Assembly: GCA_002633005.1 (NCBI GenBank)
Contig: NMRA01000163.1
Location: 497,961-561,960, forward strand
Direction: 5' to 3'
Length of the DNA stretch: 64,000 nt
From: Phoronis australis
Lineage: Eukaryota; Animalia; Phoronida
Positions 47,201 to 62,200 of the stretch are shown here, one piece after another. The notes under the pieces are model-generated. The model saw nothing but the letters and a program-made list of their open reading frames with translations. It was not told where the DNA came from and did no database searches. The translations under genes were made by a program, and so were the position numbers. Within the stretch, counting starts at the first letter, position 1, and each line of letters starts with the position of its first letter.

Positions 47201-50200
47201 TCCACCAAACTGTTTCAAGTCACCAAGTTATCCGTGATGTCATCAGATGCTTACGAGCTTACAACTGTCCCACAATGCATTTGAAAAACGACAGTTGAGC
47301 AGTAGATGAAATTCCCCAAATTTTTCACTCTGTGTACGAAACTGAATGGGTATCTGTGAGGGGCAGTGTAAAGGAAACCATTTGTCCCATAATATCAAGC
47401 CTACAGATTTTAGCTAGAGATGGTTAAACACATTGTTGAGGCAACAGCAGTCCTCAGAATGAGATATTATGTAGAAGCTGACATCACTGAAGTCAGCAGG
47501 GTTCCAGCACTGGTCTAGCACAATGCAAGGAAGGGTTTAAGAACGTAAATCAGACAAATTATCTATAATGAAAATTTTTACTGTATGAAGAATAATTAAT
47601 TTGTGGAGCACTTCATTTACCTTGGTGTCAATAATAATCGGTTCAGGTGGTTTCTCTTCTTGCATCAACGCCTCAACTTCACGCCTCCTAGCCTTCATCT
47701 CAAGTTCAAGTATTTCCTGCAAATCCAGCAAGTACGATTTTGGCAACTGAAGACCTTTACATATAGAAATTGATGTTCAATATATGACAAGACATTTCAA
47801 TTTTTAATTAAGGCTTTCTACATTAGTCCAATTGGTTCAAATTTTACCAGATGTCGCTAGACAACAGCTGTACAGCACACTATACCATGGAAGAAGCAAG
47901 AGGCTCACACCAACTTGGTTCTACTTGACAAGGGCATCAGGTGTTGCATGGGTCTGGATCACTCACCTGACTGTCCATAACAAACATGCTCTTGGTACTC
48001 GGGACAGCGCTGACTGGTGGCTCCACCTTTGGTGGTTCCTTTTCTACCTCTACCACATCTGGAGCTGGAGGGAGCACAACTTCAACTGGTTGTGTGGGTG
48101 TTCTGGAAAGTTGTTAGTAAGAAATATTGTAAATAGTCGAAGTAGGCTGAAAATTCAAAAAGATAAATTTTAGTTAAAATATGTACCACTGAAAGAAATT
48201 CATAGTTTACCTTGGCTAGGAAATAGAACTCCTCAAAGAGAATGAAGACATGTTACCATGACACCAGTGGCAACAAAAACGTGCAAACTAGTGAAAGAGG
48301 AGAACAAAATGCCATTTTAAGTCACCATGTCTGCTAAGAAACAGTCTGGATGAGACACTTTTACTAAATGAATGTTTCTACAATGATTGAATTCAGAAAT
48401 AACAGCTGTTACAGTATAATTTTAATTCCAAATTTTCAAGTGACCAGATCGATTGTCACTATTTTCACCCAGTGTACTCAAATATGTTCAAGGGTGAGGG
48501 CATCAATTAAGGTTTGATGATATTGCATAAATTTAAGTATAACTCAGCAGCAGTGCCTCCGTGGTGCAGAGTTCGTTGAAAATGATATACAGATGCGATC
48601 TGCACACAAGGAGTATTTTTAGACAATACGAAAAATGCATGAAGAAATTGTCCAGTAATCATTGTCGTATCATTTTGAATTTTGTATTAATCATTCTGTC
48701 ATACATAACAAGCAAAGCACGTGATCCCATAACTTTTTTGTGAGTGTCTTAAGTTTACTGAATGCGGTTCTGCACTACAGAACTGCTTACACTAGCACAC
48801 GCAAAGTGTTTGAATATTGTGCGGGGATTTGTGGTTACTGTATTCCAAAAACAGCACATGAAAATGGCGATAATTGTGAATGTCTCGTACAAGTGGAAAC
48901 ACACACTACATACTCAGGTTCTACAGTTGGCTCTGGTGGTGGCGTTGGTGGGGCCTTAGGTAAGGCCTTATTTGGCATGGCTTTCTCTTTTTTGGCCGCA
49001 CAGTTTCTTCTTGATTTGGAAGTTTGTTTTTTCTTTTTTTCTTCTTTCTTCGGTTCTGTTTGTGGCACCTGTGGAGGTGATGGCTCCACTGGCTTTGGTG
49101 GTGGTGGTGGTGGTGATGGTGGTGGTGAAGGTTGTCGTGGTGATGGCGGTCGTGGTGATGGCGGTCGTGGTGATGGCGGTCGTGGTGATGGCGGTCGTGG
49201 TGATGGCGGTCTAGGTGGTGGTGACTGTCTGGGTGGTCTTTGCAGTGTTGGAGATGGTGGCCTGGGGACTGGTGAGATTGACCTCACACTAAGACATGGG
49301 GAGGCAGCTCTCGTTGGAGAAGATGGTCTCTCTGGCGGGGGTTCCTACAGCAGAGTCAATAGGACATTAGTAGGTGTCAGTCAAAATAAGGTTGTCTCAG
49401 AAAAGGAAGTTCTAAATCATCACAAATAGTAGTTATAGATTTGTAATCTTAGATTAAAACACCATATTCTTTAGTGTGCAACCTGGTAAGAGACTTGGTT
49501 TTGTGCTCTAAAGGTTACAGTCACGTAATATGTAAATTTGTATTCTGTTCACAAACTATTTTTTGATTTTGGCACAAAACAAATCTGAAACTTTTTCATA
49601 TGCAGATATTTACATTTTACTTTATCAATGCCAACAAAGAACAGTTTGTAGGCACTGAAAAAGAGCCTCAATAAGTTGGCTTGTTATGACAAGCCATTTT
49701 CACATGCCAAACACGGCCTCAACCAAATACATACTGTCAGTTCTTGCCAACACCAAATAATTTTGGTTTGAAATCTGAGCATGAAACGAGTTGGGACCAG
49801 TTTTGTAACAGTTGGTGGCTTAAAGCTAATGTTAGTCTTTTTGGACAAGGTAGGCTTACAGTAGCTTCAAAGGTCAAAAAAATAAAACATGAGAATATAA
49901 CAAAGATTTTGCCTTTCAGAGACAAGTGTTGTCAGTTTTGTATTGACTAAGGATCTGGATTTCAAAAAAGATATGTTGTCATATCTTAATAATCAATACT
50001 GAAAGACAATTGAGGAAATCTGGTCATTGGCAACTGAGCTAGACAGTTGGTTTTAACAACGATCCTGAAAAAATGCATATCGACACAAGACGAGCAAAAC
50101 AACTGTGACATCATTTGTCTATAGCCAAACATCAGCAATGAAAGCCTACAGTGATTAATTAATGACTTAACAGGCAGTACATCACTTTGGTCATAAAATG

Positions 50201-53200
50201 TTATAAATACACTTAAAAACACTTACTTCCCCATGATTTAGTAGATTGAAGTAAACCAGAAATGTGCAGAAGTCTAAATCACCAGCCACCGACCGTAATC
50301 AACTGAGTCCTTCCACTTAATTTAACACAAACAAACCTAGCACTAACTACTGTTTATTGTCCATGTATTGACGATTGTAGAATCAATGAGACAATAGCAA
50401 CCAATCAGGTTGCTACATGAATTCTAAATCTGATGAACAGTGTGTACATTTATTAACACTTATTCTGGCATGCATACCATACATAATTTATTGATTTTTA
50501 AATTGCTGCATTTATAGCAATAGCGCAATCATGTAATACCTTCCAGGCATTCCAGTGAGCACTGTTAATTAAAATCTCTTGTCAGAATTAACCTTCTTGT
50601 CATACTCTGATCATTGGATGACAATAATTAAATTACAAGGACAATTATACTAATTCTCAGATATCCATAACTGATTGGAGCCATTGTACAACTTCTGATG
50701 TTTCACAAATAACTGACACCTTCTACTGCACAGCTGGATTCAATATTGCAAATTAAGTTCTTAAATAATTACTGTTTAATGGCTTACAGCATTAAAGATT
50801 TCTTAAGAAGGTTATGTGTTTATTGAAATTTCATTGAAAGACTGGATGACCATTTCAGGTAGTCCATCGACGTCCAAGTGGGCCAAGTACGAAATATTAT
50901 CACAAGGAAAAATATAAAGAGAGACATATAATTAAAATATCGATCATATCAAAATAATTCAATTAATGAGAAAATAAGTTAAACAAGGTGACAAAAATAA
51001 ATTCTTTAAAAAGAAAGTAGCAAATACTAATAAGTAAGTTAAGAAGTACACAATTGGAATCAGGAGGTACATCTAGTAGAGGACTGCCTTCCCAAACAAC
51101 ATACAAACTCCCAATACCTTTTTTCGAAAGCAGAGATATTGGGGCGAGTTTGTGACAGCAGTACCCAGCCCATTGTAAGCGACGGTGCCTCTGCAGGCAA
51201 AGAGGCCGGTACATTTCACTCTAGAAAAGGTTTCACAGTTGGGGGTCAAAAAAGAAAAATTAACACAACATATGCCTTACAAAGTAGTAATTAGCACAAA
51301 TGTGGCATGCCCGGTAAAATGTAGCAGTCAGAAAATTGTCAATTCACACAAAGTGAGGATGCAGTACATTGTCTTAAAAATATGAACTGTAACAAAATGT
51401 TAAGATTGTTAAGATATTTGTGGAACAATTACCAGAGTTCCTGCTGATGTGTGAGAGTACACTATATCATCCACAACACAAGGACTTCATTCATTACCTG
51501 GTGCCCTCTATAGGTAAAAATAAAACCTCAAGACTACAGCTGAGCTTACTCGCACTCGGGAAGTCATCAAGATGTTGCATAATTTCAACAACAGAGGGTG
51601 CACCAAGCATAGAATTAAGTCTGTGATATTACTCATCATTGCAACAACATACAGAAGTTTTAATAGTCTCTGAGTTTTTGATCAAGTACAGAGTTGAGTA
51701 TTTTGTTGCACTAAAACTATTGAAAATAGGAAGGCAAAAGTTTTAAGTACTGACCCAAATGAATGTTCCTGTCTGTTGCTCAGGTATGTAATCCCATGTC
51801 AGAAGTTTCCCACCAGACACCATTAATTGTGCAGGCTTAACCTCACCTCCTCCCAGCTCCCTACAGCCCAGGATTAATAAAAGTTCCTGTTGTACTCTTG
51901 TACTCACCGGTTCAGCCCATGTTCCAGGTGACTGATCAACAGCCAGAGGAATGAACACTGGGGCCACAGGACTGGGAGCCCTCTGTTGGACTGGAGCTGA
52001 AACAATAGGCAAAAATAAGGTGGCAGAAAACATTTACAATACTGGAACAAAACAGAGGCACATGTTATAAAAATTGTGTGATTGTTCCAAATAAAGATAT
52101 ATTGGGTGCTAATTTTAGAAGTCAATGGCCAAGTACCATAAAATAAGAATGTTTATCATTCTGACAAAAGTAAAACCATAGAAAACGAGAGCTAAACTTG
52201 TCTTGTTTCAAGTCGAAACCGAATTGATCTTGCTATTGCATGAAATAGGACATCGCAAGGTAATATATTCATTTAGCTAATTATAAATTTGAACTGGTCG
52301 GTACTTATAGTAAACAAATACCTCAATTGAAAATTTCTTGCATTTATCAATTCTCTTAATCAAAAAATGTTTTAAATTCATTCAAAGCTGCTAGCTATTA
52401 GTAGTAACTCCTTTTACTGAGACACAGAACCACTCCATTCCATATTCAGGTGACATAAAGTGATAGTTTTTAAAAACGTTTTTTACTTTGAAACTCCCCC
52501 AGTTCAAATAAGCAGAGACAACACACTGGGACTCCATTACCTTACTTTAAAATGGTTTCAGTAGAAGATTTATTTAACGTAATAATAAACATTTGAAGTG
52601 GGTTTTACAAAAACATGGCTATAAATTAAAAAAAAACTTCCACGAAAGTGTAACGTTTCCCAGGGGAGAGAGAAGCAATACAACTAAGTGGTGATAGTCT
52701 GATATATCGCGCTTGCATTTTGAGAACCAGTTGTCTTCATTGAATAACAGGCATCAACTGGTTCTCAAAATGTTGGCATGTTACATCAGACTATTGCCCA
52801 AAAAATTACCTTTTACATCGTTAATAGACCCTTAATTGGTGACCACCTATTTGTTAATAAGTCAATCCAATTATTCTTGAGAGCTTATTATAAATTTCAA
52901 TTCACAGAGTTCAATCTCCTGCAATAATGTTTTTTGTCTTGGAGTCAAGAAATTAGTAGACCTAATTTTAAGTGGATGGTTTTATTCAAAAGTTTTTGAC
53001 ATGGAATGAGCTAAGTGTTTCAAGTGATGCTTTAACGCTTGTCACTAACACTCACCTGTAACAACTTCAGCTGGCTTTGGTGCAACTGGTTCAGGTTTCT
53101 TCTCAGGAACTTTCCTGGGGGGCCTGGGCGGAGATGGAGATTTGGGAGGTACCCTCTCCACCTACAATCAAACATGTGACCATGAAGAATGACTAGTAAT

Positions 53201-56200
53201 TCCATTTATCAAAAAAGTTACACATTAACTTTGATAACAGTTGGACTAAAAATTTACTAAATCCAACACAAGTCACTGTACAAGATAACTGAATGCTATT
53301 TTTATTTGGAATGATGTTGTTTTGTACTATATGCTTTTGAAATTCCCAATATTGAAAATGTGCTTACAATTAGATCTGCAATTGATATAAACGTAGGCAC
53401 ATTCCCACAGGCACGGCAAATATAAGACTAAAAATAAAACAAAAGATCAAGTTCAGCACAATAAGCGTCACATCGGGCAAAACTGAATTGTGAAAACAAA
53501 GCGTTCACTTTGATTTCCAGAGCAGACAATCCTTACAGTATTGTGTAATTCATAATGATAGGACCTAATGGTGTAACCTATGCAGTGTATAAGAACTGTC
53601 CAAAGTTGGCCATTCGTCTGTGGGAAGCCTTGGTAAAGGTGTGGGAGAAGGTGGATATACCCGAGTCTAGGTGCAAAGCAGATGGTATTTACTGTACATA
53701 CCAAAAGGAGAAAACTCTATTGAGTTAGGTCAGTTTAGACTAATTTTTTGTTGAATATTGAAGGGAAAATCTTCTTCACAGTCTTGGCAAAGAGATTAAC
53801 AAGGTTCCTTTCGGGTAATGAATTCATTGACACCAACATTCAGAACTGCATGGCCAGTAAAATTTTATTGGCAGCAGAATGGCAAATGACAAACTGCAGT
53901 ACATGACAAAAGTACAGACAAAAAAACGTTTTCCCTGCCACCATGACGGCTAATTCTTTTAACAGCAAAATGACTGGGAATCACTATTATGGCAAAAAAA
54001 TTCTAATATACCTGGTAGAATAGCTTAGCCTCCTTACTAATTCCTGATACTTCCTTTTAACTATTCGCAATGAGGGAGGGTTATACTCTGATGAAACAAG
54101 ATATCAACTATGAATAAAAAGCCATACAGATGCACAGCATTGAGGGTAAATACCACACAATCATAGAGGATGGTGGCATATTCTAGGAGCTGCATGATAA
54201 AATCTCATCAATTTGGACAAAAACAATTGTCAAATTTGATTTTTTTCAATTTTTCGAGAGTATCTAACAATGATACAAAACTGAACATGGAAAATCATAA
54301 TTTGGTGCTATGTAACTTTCATAGAAAAATGCGACAAAATACTAGTCCACCTCCTATTGTATCATTGGTGAAAATTTTTACTGTGATTAGGTAAATCACA
54401 CACCTAGCCCTTTACTCTTTAGTTATGAACTATAGGGAACAGAGATGAAGGTCATTGTCTGACGGAATTACTGTGTTGCCATTCATCAGGTTGACTTCAT
54501 CTAAATGAGTATTCCTAATTCTTGGCACCTTATCTTAACTTGTAATCTGAATACCTACCCCTAAAGTAAGCAGAGAGGATGAATAGGAGAATAAGATCAA
54601 ATCTTGAGATAGAAATTTAATAAGATACAATAACACCGATTTTTTTATGGGGCAAACACCTGCAGTGACACACAACACCATTAAGAGTACAAAATACACT
54701 TACACACAATTACAAGCATGGTATATATGTATATTATATTGAAAGAATATATCACATAAATATTTAATGATCCACAATAGAATAGATGGTTTGCCAAAAT
54801 AAATTTTACATCTTCTGGAGCTCATAACTGAGAGATACGTACATTGGATTTTAAGATGCCCAACCCTACACCCAGTGGTTGGATCCTAGATTTTAAAGAT
54901 TGCCAATCTTGCTCAATAAATATGGGTTAGGGGTTTACTTGGTTTGTGTTCCATGGATGTAAAATACTACCAAATAGGCAAAGTCAGGCACGGCCATGAA
55001 AAATTATACAAGTCAAAGACACTTGTTTAACGAGACTAAGCTTCAGACAACTGTACACTAGCAAAATGAGGAAGTGGTTGGAGAGGGGGGATAAAATGAT
55101 GATTAACAAAATACAATTCAATGTATCTGTTCCATTGGCGAAGGTAATTCTGGCAGCAAGGACGGTCTGTGGAGTGCCATGCATACATTTGCAGAATGCA
55201 TCCTGTACCACATCACGACAAATTTATCCAACCTTTGATTGAACAGTGAGTTTTATACTAACAAAACATCAATATTAACCAGTTAGTTGCCGAACACATT
55301 GAAAGACGGGAAACTGTTACCTTGACCAGCTTCAAACGATTAATACCCATAGGCAAATTTCGCAAATAAGCAGAAGCCATTTTCTGCATGTAGACAGTTG
55401 ACACTTTATCAAGACCCTCCTTGTTCATTACAGGGTGACCACTAGAAACTTGAACACCACCAACATTGTTTGGAGATTCTGGCGACCATCTGCTACGAGT
55501 GGCAGAACAAGTAATCATCGCCTGTTTTATGGTTAGCCCATAGCTTCTTGGTAGATCACTTTGAGTGTGTGAGCCCAAGGGAAACTCATGTCCTGCAGAG
55601 CCCCAAGCGGCCTTGTGAGTTTTATTCTGCTGACCAGAGCGCGAGAATGAGTCGGTGAGCTGAGACTGTTCTGTCAGTCGACCCTTGCCTTTGCCATTTC
55701 GAACAATATGCATGCAGGATTCCAAATCAACCATACATGTCTCCGGCTGTAGTAGCATGTCAGAAACACGGAAAATGAGTCAATCATTTTTCATTCTCAA
55801 CAAAGTTTTCACTGTATAGGGTACCTAATGGTATACTTAGATTAAGATTTTTTGAGCACACTTGGCAACATAAAAATATTACAGTGTTTGTCCTAAGATA
55901 TGTTTTTGTGTCATTTGACAAAATTTTACTAACTTAAAAGAAGATCCAACGAATTGGAAAGTGTGTCAACTTGGATGTGATTTTGACAAGTTATGAGAAT
56001 ACTAAATTTAAAACTATCCCTGGTTCATATATATTTCTTAGTTAACTTCCTGTATTTACCATTGGTTCAAAATCAGATAATTCATCTCACCTTAAGTTAG
56101 TACATTGTCCGTCTTTCTTTTCACGGATCCCCAGAACTTATAACACAGCCTGCAAATTTTGGAAGGTGAGCACCAAGCCCCAATGATTGGAAGTGCTGGG

Positions 56201-59200
56201 CAAACACTGATATTGTAGACGAAAGATCTTGTGAGATGTTTGTAACAAAAAGGCATAAGAATCCTGAATGAATATTTTCACAAATAATGTGTACCTTTGG
56301 AATAGGCATATTAGGCCATTCATCTTTGAAAGCAGTGGGTTCGTCAAGGTGCCGATCCAAACACCTCTGGTAGATGTCATTCTTGAGTTCTTCCACTATA
56401 CTAGTAGATATACGGTTCCTGCCACGGACTCCTCCGTCAACAGTCACATCCTCAGCTGGTGATCGCAGATAATTGGCACTTTCTGGAGTAAGCAACGTTT
56501 TGCGCGGCAGCCAAAATTCAGACTCCCACCCGCTGTGATCCACCAGAGGGTGCGTGCAGTGTTCTTTTCCATATTGTTTTCTAGATGAATATGACGTAGA
56601 AAAATCTCTAGTCCCATAATGCACCGGACTGGTGTCTCTTATTGAAACTGTCTTCGGCTCCATCTTAGCTTCATGGCATGGATCTGATACCAACATGTTT
56701 AAAAGAACTTCCTCAGACTCACTGAGTTGACCTGTAGCCTTCTCTTTACTTGGAGGTCTATCTGTTTTCAAAACTGTCCTTGGCTCAATCTTAACTTCCA
56801 TGTATGGATCCTTCAATAACATGTCTAAAGTAGACTCTTCAGACCCATTGAGTTTTCCAGTGACAAACTCTTTACGCAAAGGTCTACCTTCCTTCAAGCA
56901 TTCAGAGCCAGGATATATTGGATCAAATTTGTATCGAATTTTCTCAATGTTAAGTGCGTGGTCCGAGTCAGCTAACAGGGTCGCTTGCAGAAACTGCCAT
57001 CCAAATTCTGTTTCGTCTTCAAAAGTAACTAGTTGTCGTTGTTGTTGTGCACTAAGATGAGACTGTGTAGTGACTATGGTATCCACGTCTTCTGCTAGAT
57101 ATTGTGAATATTGTGCTCTCGCCTGTGAGGACGTGTCTGATGTCATAGGCAACACTTGTTTTTCAATAATTCTCTAAGGAGGAATTTAGAAATCATTGAA
57201 TTTTCCATTAAAGAAAAAATTGAATTTTCCCAAACGCAGTTGAAATTTTGTCCCAGACATAAAGTAACTATTGTAAGCAAAATATTTTGAATCAGCATAC
57301 CTCACCTGCTGGCAGAAGAGATGCTTGTGTTGTAAGACAAGAGAATAATGACACACATGGATGTCACACTGTGAAGGGGATGTTACCTTTATTCAAACCT
57401 GTTTTTGGTCAATTTGGCATATTTTTGTCTTTTAAAAGAAATGACTTTCAAACTTTTTTACAACATGAAATCAATGAAAATGTCAATTCTTGAAATTTAA
57501 CTGTGTTGCAGTGAGCCTGTTCCCAGCATGGCAGCTAGGCGCTTGTCCCAATGAACTGTGTTCTCTCACTTTTTCATTCTGAGCTGTGCTCGATGGCCTG
57601 CTGGCAAAGATGCACACTGACTTTCATTCTCTCATTCTTGTACATAAGAATTTGCCATATGACTTAACAAATTATGACAGAAACAGGTGACAAAAAAGAG
57701 ACAACCCTGATGCTGCTGGTAAGACACACACAGTTATGTGACCCATAACTTCCAGTTGCAAGGATTTCAAACATAGTTTGTTTAAAAAACGGAAAAAATA
57801 TTCCAAACATCTTCTTTCTTCAGTACAATTCGTAAACATGACCAAAAATGTTTTGGAACAAAAAGGTGTAACAAAATCCCTCTATAGTGCAGGCACAGAA
57901 CATTCCAAAAATGAACAAAATGTCCTAGTATTCCCCGTCATGACCGTTGAACACAAGCGGAATTCCCGTCATGAAGGCCGAGTGAAAGTGCAATTCACCA
58001 ACACAGTAGCTAGAATGACTAGTCATGACAGCTAATGACCGGTCGTTACCTGTCGTGTCTGGGAAATGAGATTTTGTCTGATTACTTATGTTGTGTACTG
58101 CATCAACGTCTTGAAGATCAAGCCCTTTATAGTTGAGTGCATCAGTAAGACTTCAATGGGTAAATCAGCCACATCAAGTGATACAACAACACAAAAATTC
58201 ACCAGCCAACAAGTCAATGGCATGCCTCAGCATTCACAGCGTGAACATATACCAGTTTTCAAAAAAAGGAAAATAACTGAATCTACATCATCAAAAACAA
58301 GTAAGAGATCATTGGTGACAGCTTGCTCATAAGCTTAAAAGATATTACCAACCACTTACAAACATCAAGGCTTTTGACAGTCAGTCTTTTCCTTGTCAAA
58401 CCCATAAATAATCTACTTCAGGATGGAAACCATTTTCTTTTCTAACATTCTCTGGGCGTAAATACCTTTTTTGGTTCTGGTGTTTTGACAGGAGGTGGTG
58501 CTTCCACGTAATATTCCACGACCGTTTCATGATCTGGCTCCGGCACAAACTGGGTCTGTGACACACGGTCATGCAGAGAAACTGAGCTGACAAAGTTGCA
58601 GAAATGAGGGCGCGTACCTCGGACAACCTACAAAGTGGCGAGATTGTGAGACAAAGGTCACTAGAGATGTAGAGCTCGATCAGTGTTAAAGTAGAAAAAT
58701 ACTAAGTATTTTTTAGGAGAATTAAGATTTTAACGCAAAGTGCGACCTCCATTACATTAACGACAATGTCATGTTATGTTGGAGAGGCTATGAACCAGTG
58801 TTCCATCCTAGAGGCTAATTTTTATTTAGACCAATTACCCCTATAAAATGGATCTTAACTTGTTCCTAACTTAAAAAAGTGAGGGGATTCTGGGGTTTGC
58901 AAAAACTGTCAGTATGTTATTCATTAAGGCTATTTTCAGTGCATGATGCAAACTTGTTGATCCAGGTCTTACGTAGTAATAAACTTCACTTGTATTAGAG
59001 CTCTGGAACCATCTCCAAATTAACTTAGACATAACAATTGTTATAACGTTATGTGATTGAAATCAAAAAGTATTTTTGTCATAGAAAGCAGGTTTTGATT
59101 ATTGTCGCTTTCCAACATTACTTTTTACTATCTGAGAAATGAAGACAAATGGTGAAGAAGGCCTGAATTATTTTTCCAATAAAGTAATGTAAATATGAGA

Positions 59201-62200
59201 AAGTCACAATTTTCTCTCTGTCAGTCATGGAAAACAAATTCGTTATAATTCAATACTTAATGATTACGAAGACTTCAACTTACATTATTATGCTTTGGAA
59301 CTCCACTGAAATCCCTCCTCTGCAAAGACAAGAAAGTCATGAATTCAACAATTGTATTTTCATACAAAGCATTCATAAGCATACAAGAAACATTTTAATA
59401 GCAGCATTGGTTCATCTTCACAACTTTTCAGGTTACTATTTATTTTGAAGTTCGTACAAAAATTATATCACTCAAAATTGCATGTTTTCCATTTTCCTGA
59501 AGCAATTAAAATGCTGCCATATTTTAGAAATGTTACTTAAGCAGATGTTAATTTGAAGTCAGGATATTGTTTTTGTTGAGAAATTAGAAGAAATTCAAAT
59601 CTACATGTTTGCCATATAATGTGCTATTGAATAGAATTCATGGTAATTTTAATGTTCCACAAAAATCACACTAATACAGACACTATTGGCAATGATAACC
59701 AAGCATAAATGAACACCTGAACTTGTAACACGACTCACAAAATTGCAGTTATATTCATACCTCGAGGGGGTTTTATTTATAAATTTTTCATTTACAACCA
59801 GTCTCCAATAAACTACTTTTTGTTATTTTCCAGGTAAACCTGTATGTAAAAGAGGGCTGCATACCATGCAAGATGCTCACCAGGCAAGCTAGTGTGGTCA
59901 GTTACTTCACTTCCTTTAATGAACTGTCTGTGATATTTGGCAATGACAGAAGAACATCTGGGATCTGTTTCATGAATAAGACTCCCACTACACAATTAAA
60001 TTAATCACAGCACAGCCTATAAATAATTTGAACTTATCTCTGAAACTAACATTTGTGGTATTATACTCTCAGAGACTTTGTACGTTTTCTAAGGTAAGTC
60101 TAGCTCTTTGGGTAGATTTATGTATTTTTCAGAAATAGCTGCGGAGAGAACACATGGGCGTTAAATCAAATTTCTGTCTTGCCACATTTCATGAAACACA
60201 ACCCTGGGTTCACGGACGTTACAAGAAACTGAGTTTATTTTCGGTTTAAGTCTAAGATAAAAAAGTCTAAGAATTGTCTCAACTTTCAAGCTTTGAAACT
60301 TCCACATCCAGTAAGTTAGTTTAACTCAAAACAAAAATATGTCAAAAAATTAGGTCAAATTTAAGATCACTTTCATGGAACGGACTTCAGACAAATATAT
60401 CTTTAAACTGGCTTAAATTTAAGATTTGTCTTAGCTATAGGTTACTTTTCTTGGAATGGGCCCCTGATCTAACCTACGAAACCAGACTTGACTCCCGACT
60501 CGAAAATAAACCAATCCTGCCATATGATAAGAGTACACAATGTGTAAGTTTGACTCGAAGAGTACAATGCAATTGGTCAACTTTTGAGTTGAGATTAGAC
60601 CCCAGGCCTCATACCATTACAGGAATTCATACACAGTCAAGGGGAACAGTACAAGTCATGTACACTGTCAGTGGGAACAGTACATGCACACCAAGCTCTC
60701 TAGCTCCGTAAATGTTCGATGACATAACAGTGAAATAAAATCAAAATGTTCAACAAAAGTTAACAGAAAGAAAACTATTTCATTATTTGTACAGCTACAG
60801 CAAACACACAATAAATAGGCATTAAAGGCTTTTCAATATTGAAAAATGTGAAAATTACATTTTGGGCAATTATTTTTGTACAAGAAAATATTTGAATAAT
60901 TCGACATAATGTGTGAACTTTGTATCCTATTTCAAATACTACTAATTTAAACGAAAAATTACAGTTCGGAAATTAGAAGAAAATGTTTACACAGCATTTT
61001 CTCTCATTAGAAAGCGGACAATCGCCTGTATATCTCATTCTCATTTCACCACATGGATGTGACTTGAATGATAATAACACTTTTCCTACTGTACATATCC
61101 CGATGATGTCTTATGAATAGACGAAACGTTGAGTTAACATGAACTTTTTTATTTGTGCAGCCATTGTCCATTTTCTAATCGTACTTAGGCCAAAAGATGA
61201 TGTCATTTTCTCTCATGTGTGCCAATGACAATAAATGCAACCAACATCTACTCCTTAAATAGGATAATCCTTCAACAATTTAAGGTACAAGATGATGGAG
61301 AAGTGAATTTTAACTAGCATCAAAGTTTTCAACAAAATATTAAGAAAATTCTACTCTGATCACTAAAACCAATAACTGGTACAGATGATGCAAAACAGTG
61401 TTTGATGAAAACCTGAATCTCGCAAGTTTGTTAAATAAAACTCAAACAATTTTGTGGTTTAGCATTTTTTCGAACAATGTGAAAAATTACCAAATCAAAA
61501 ACAATAGTTCCTACATATGTTCCTAATTGCAAAATGAATTAAAATATTTGAAAAACACTTCACAGTTTAGTTTTGACATGGGATAGAAAATTTTGTTTGG
61601 GTTCTTCAAAACAGTGCAAATTACCATAACAAAAATTTACGGACCAAATCGTAATACCATATTCACTGATTGCTTCAGTGGGAATATTCACCACTATTAT
61701 TTTCATTTTTTCAGTATGCATTTTAGGGTTTTGGGTTGACCTAAATGACACTGAGTGGGACTTTAAGATACAGTATTTTCCAAGAACAACATTTTCACTT
61801 TGCAAGTCTTCAACAATCACTTTAAGTGGCTGTAAACTGGCCTTCTGTCTCAAAACCCATTTTTTATTTAGGTCACAAACAATTAATGAAATTTGAAAGA
61901 ACGTTTGATTACCCAGAACTGGTGTGATTTCTGGACTTGGAATTTACTCAAACTTTGTTACTCCCTGCGACCAGGAATGTCATATTTTATTAGTTGACCA
62001 TGGCAGTGAGGAACAACAAACTGTCAGTTCTATGCAAGAACAAAAATCTCATTGTCCTAGTGAGGAACAAGTTAAGAAGGGTTTGTTGTCATTTTAATCA
62101 ATAACAAAGACAATGTTTTAGGAAAAAAAACATCAAAGGAAACGGTAATTACTGGAAGGTGATGCTCTTTCCTTCACTTCATACAAAAGTTTTTCTTGTA

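Noticed and set aside
48740-49429. 229-aa Gly-rich plus-strand ORF (GGRGD repeats)
   Set aside because: Antisense shadow of the Pro-rich exon, which has proper splice sites.
61560-61940. About 120-codon open frame on the minus strand within an intron
   Set aside because: No convincing acceptor/donor pair or motif.
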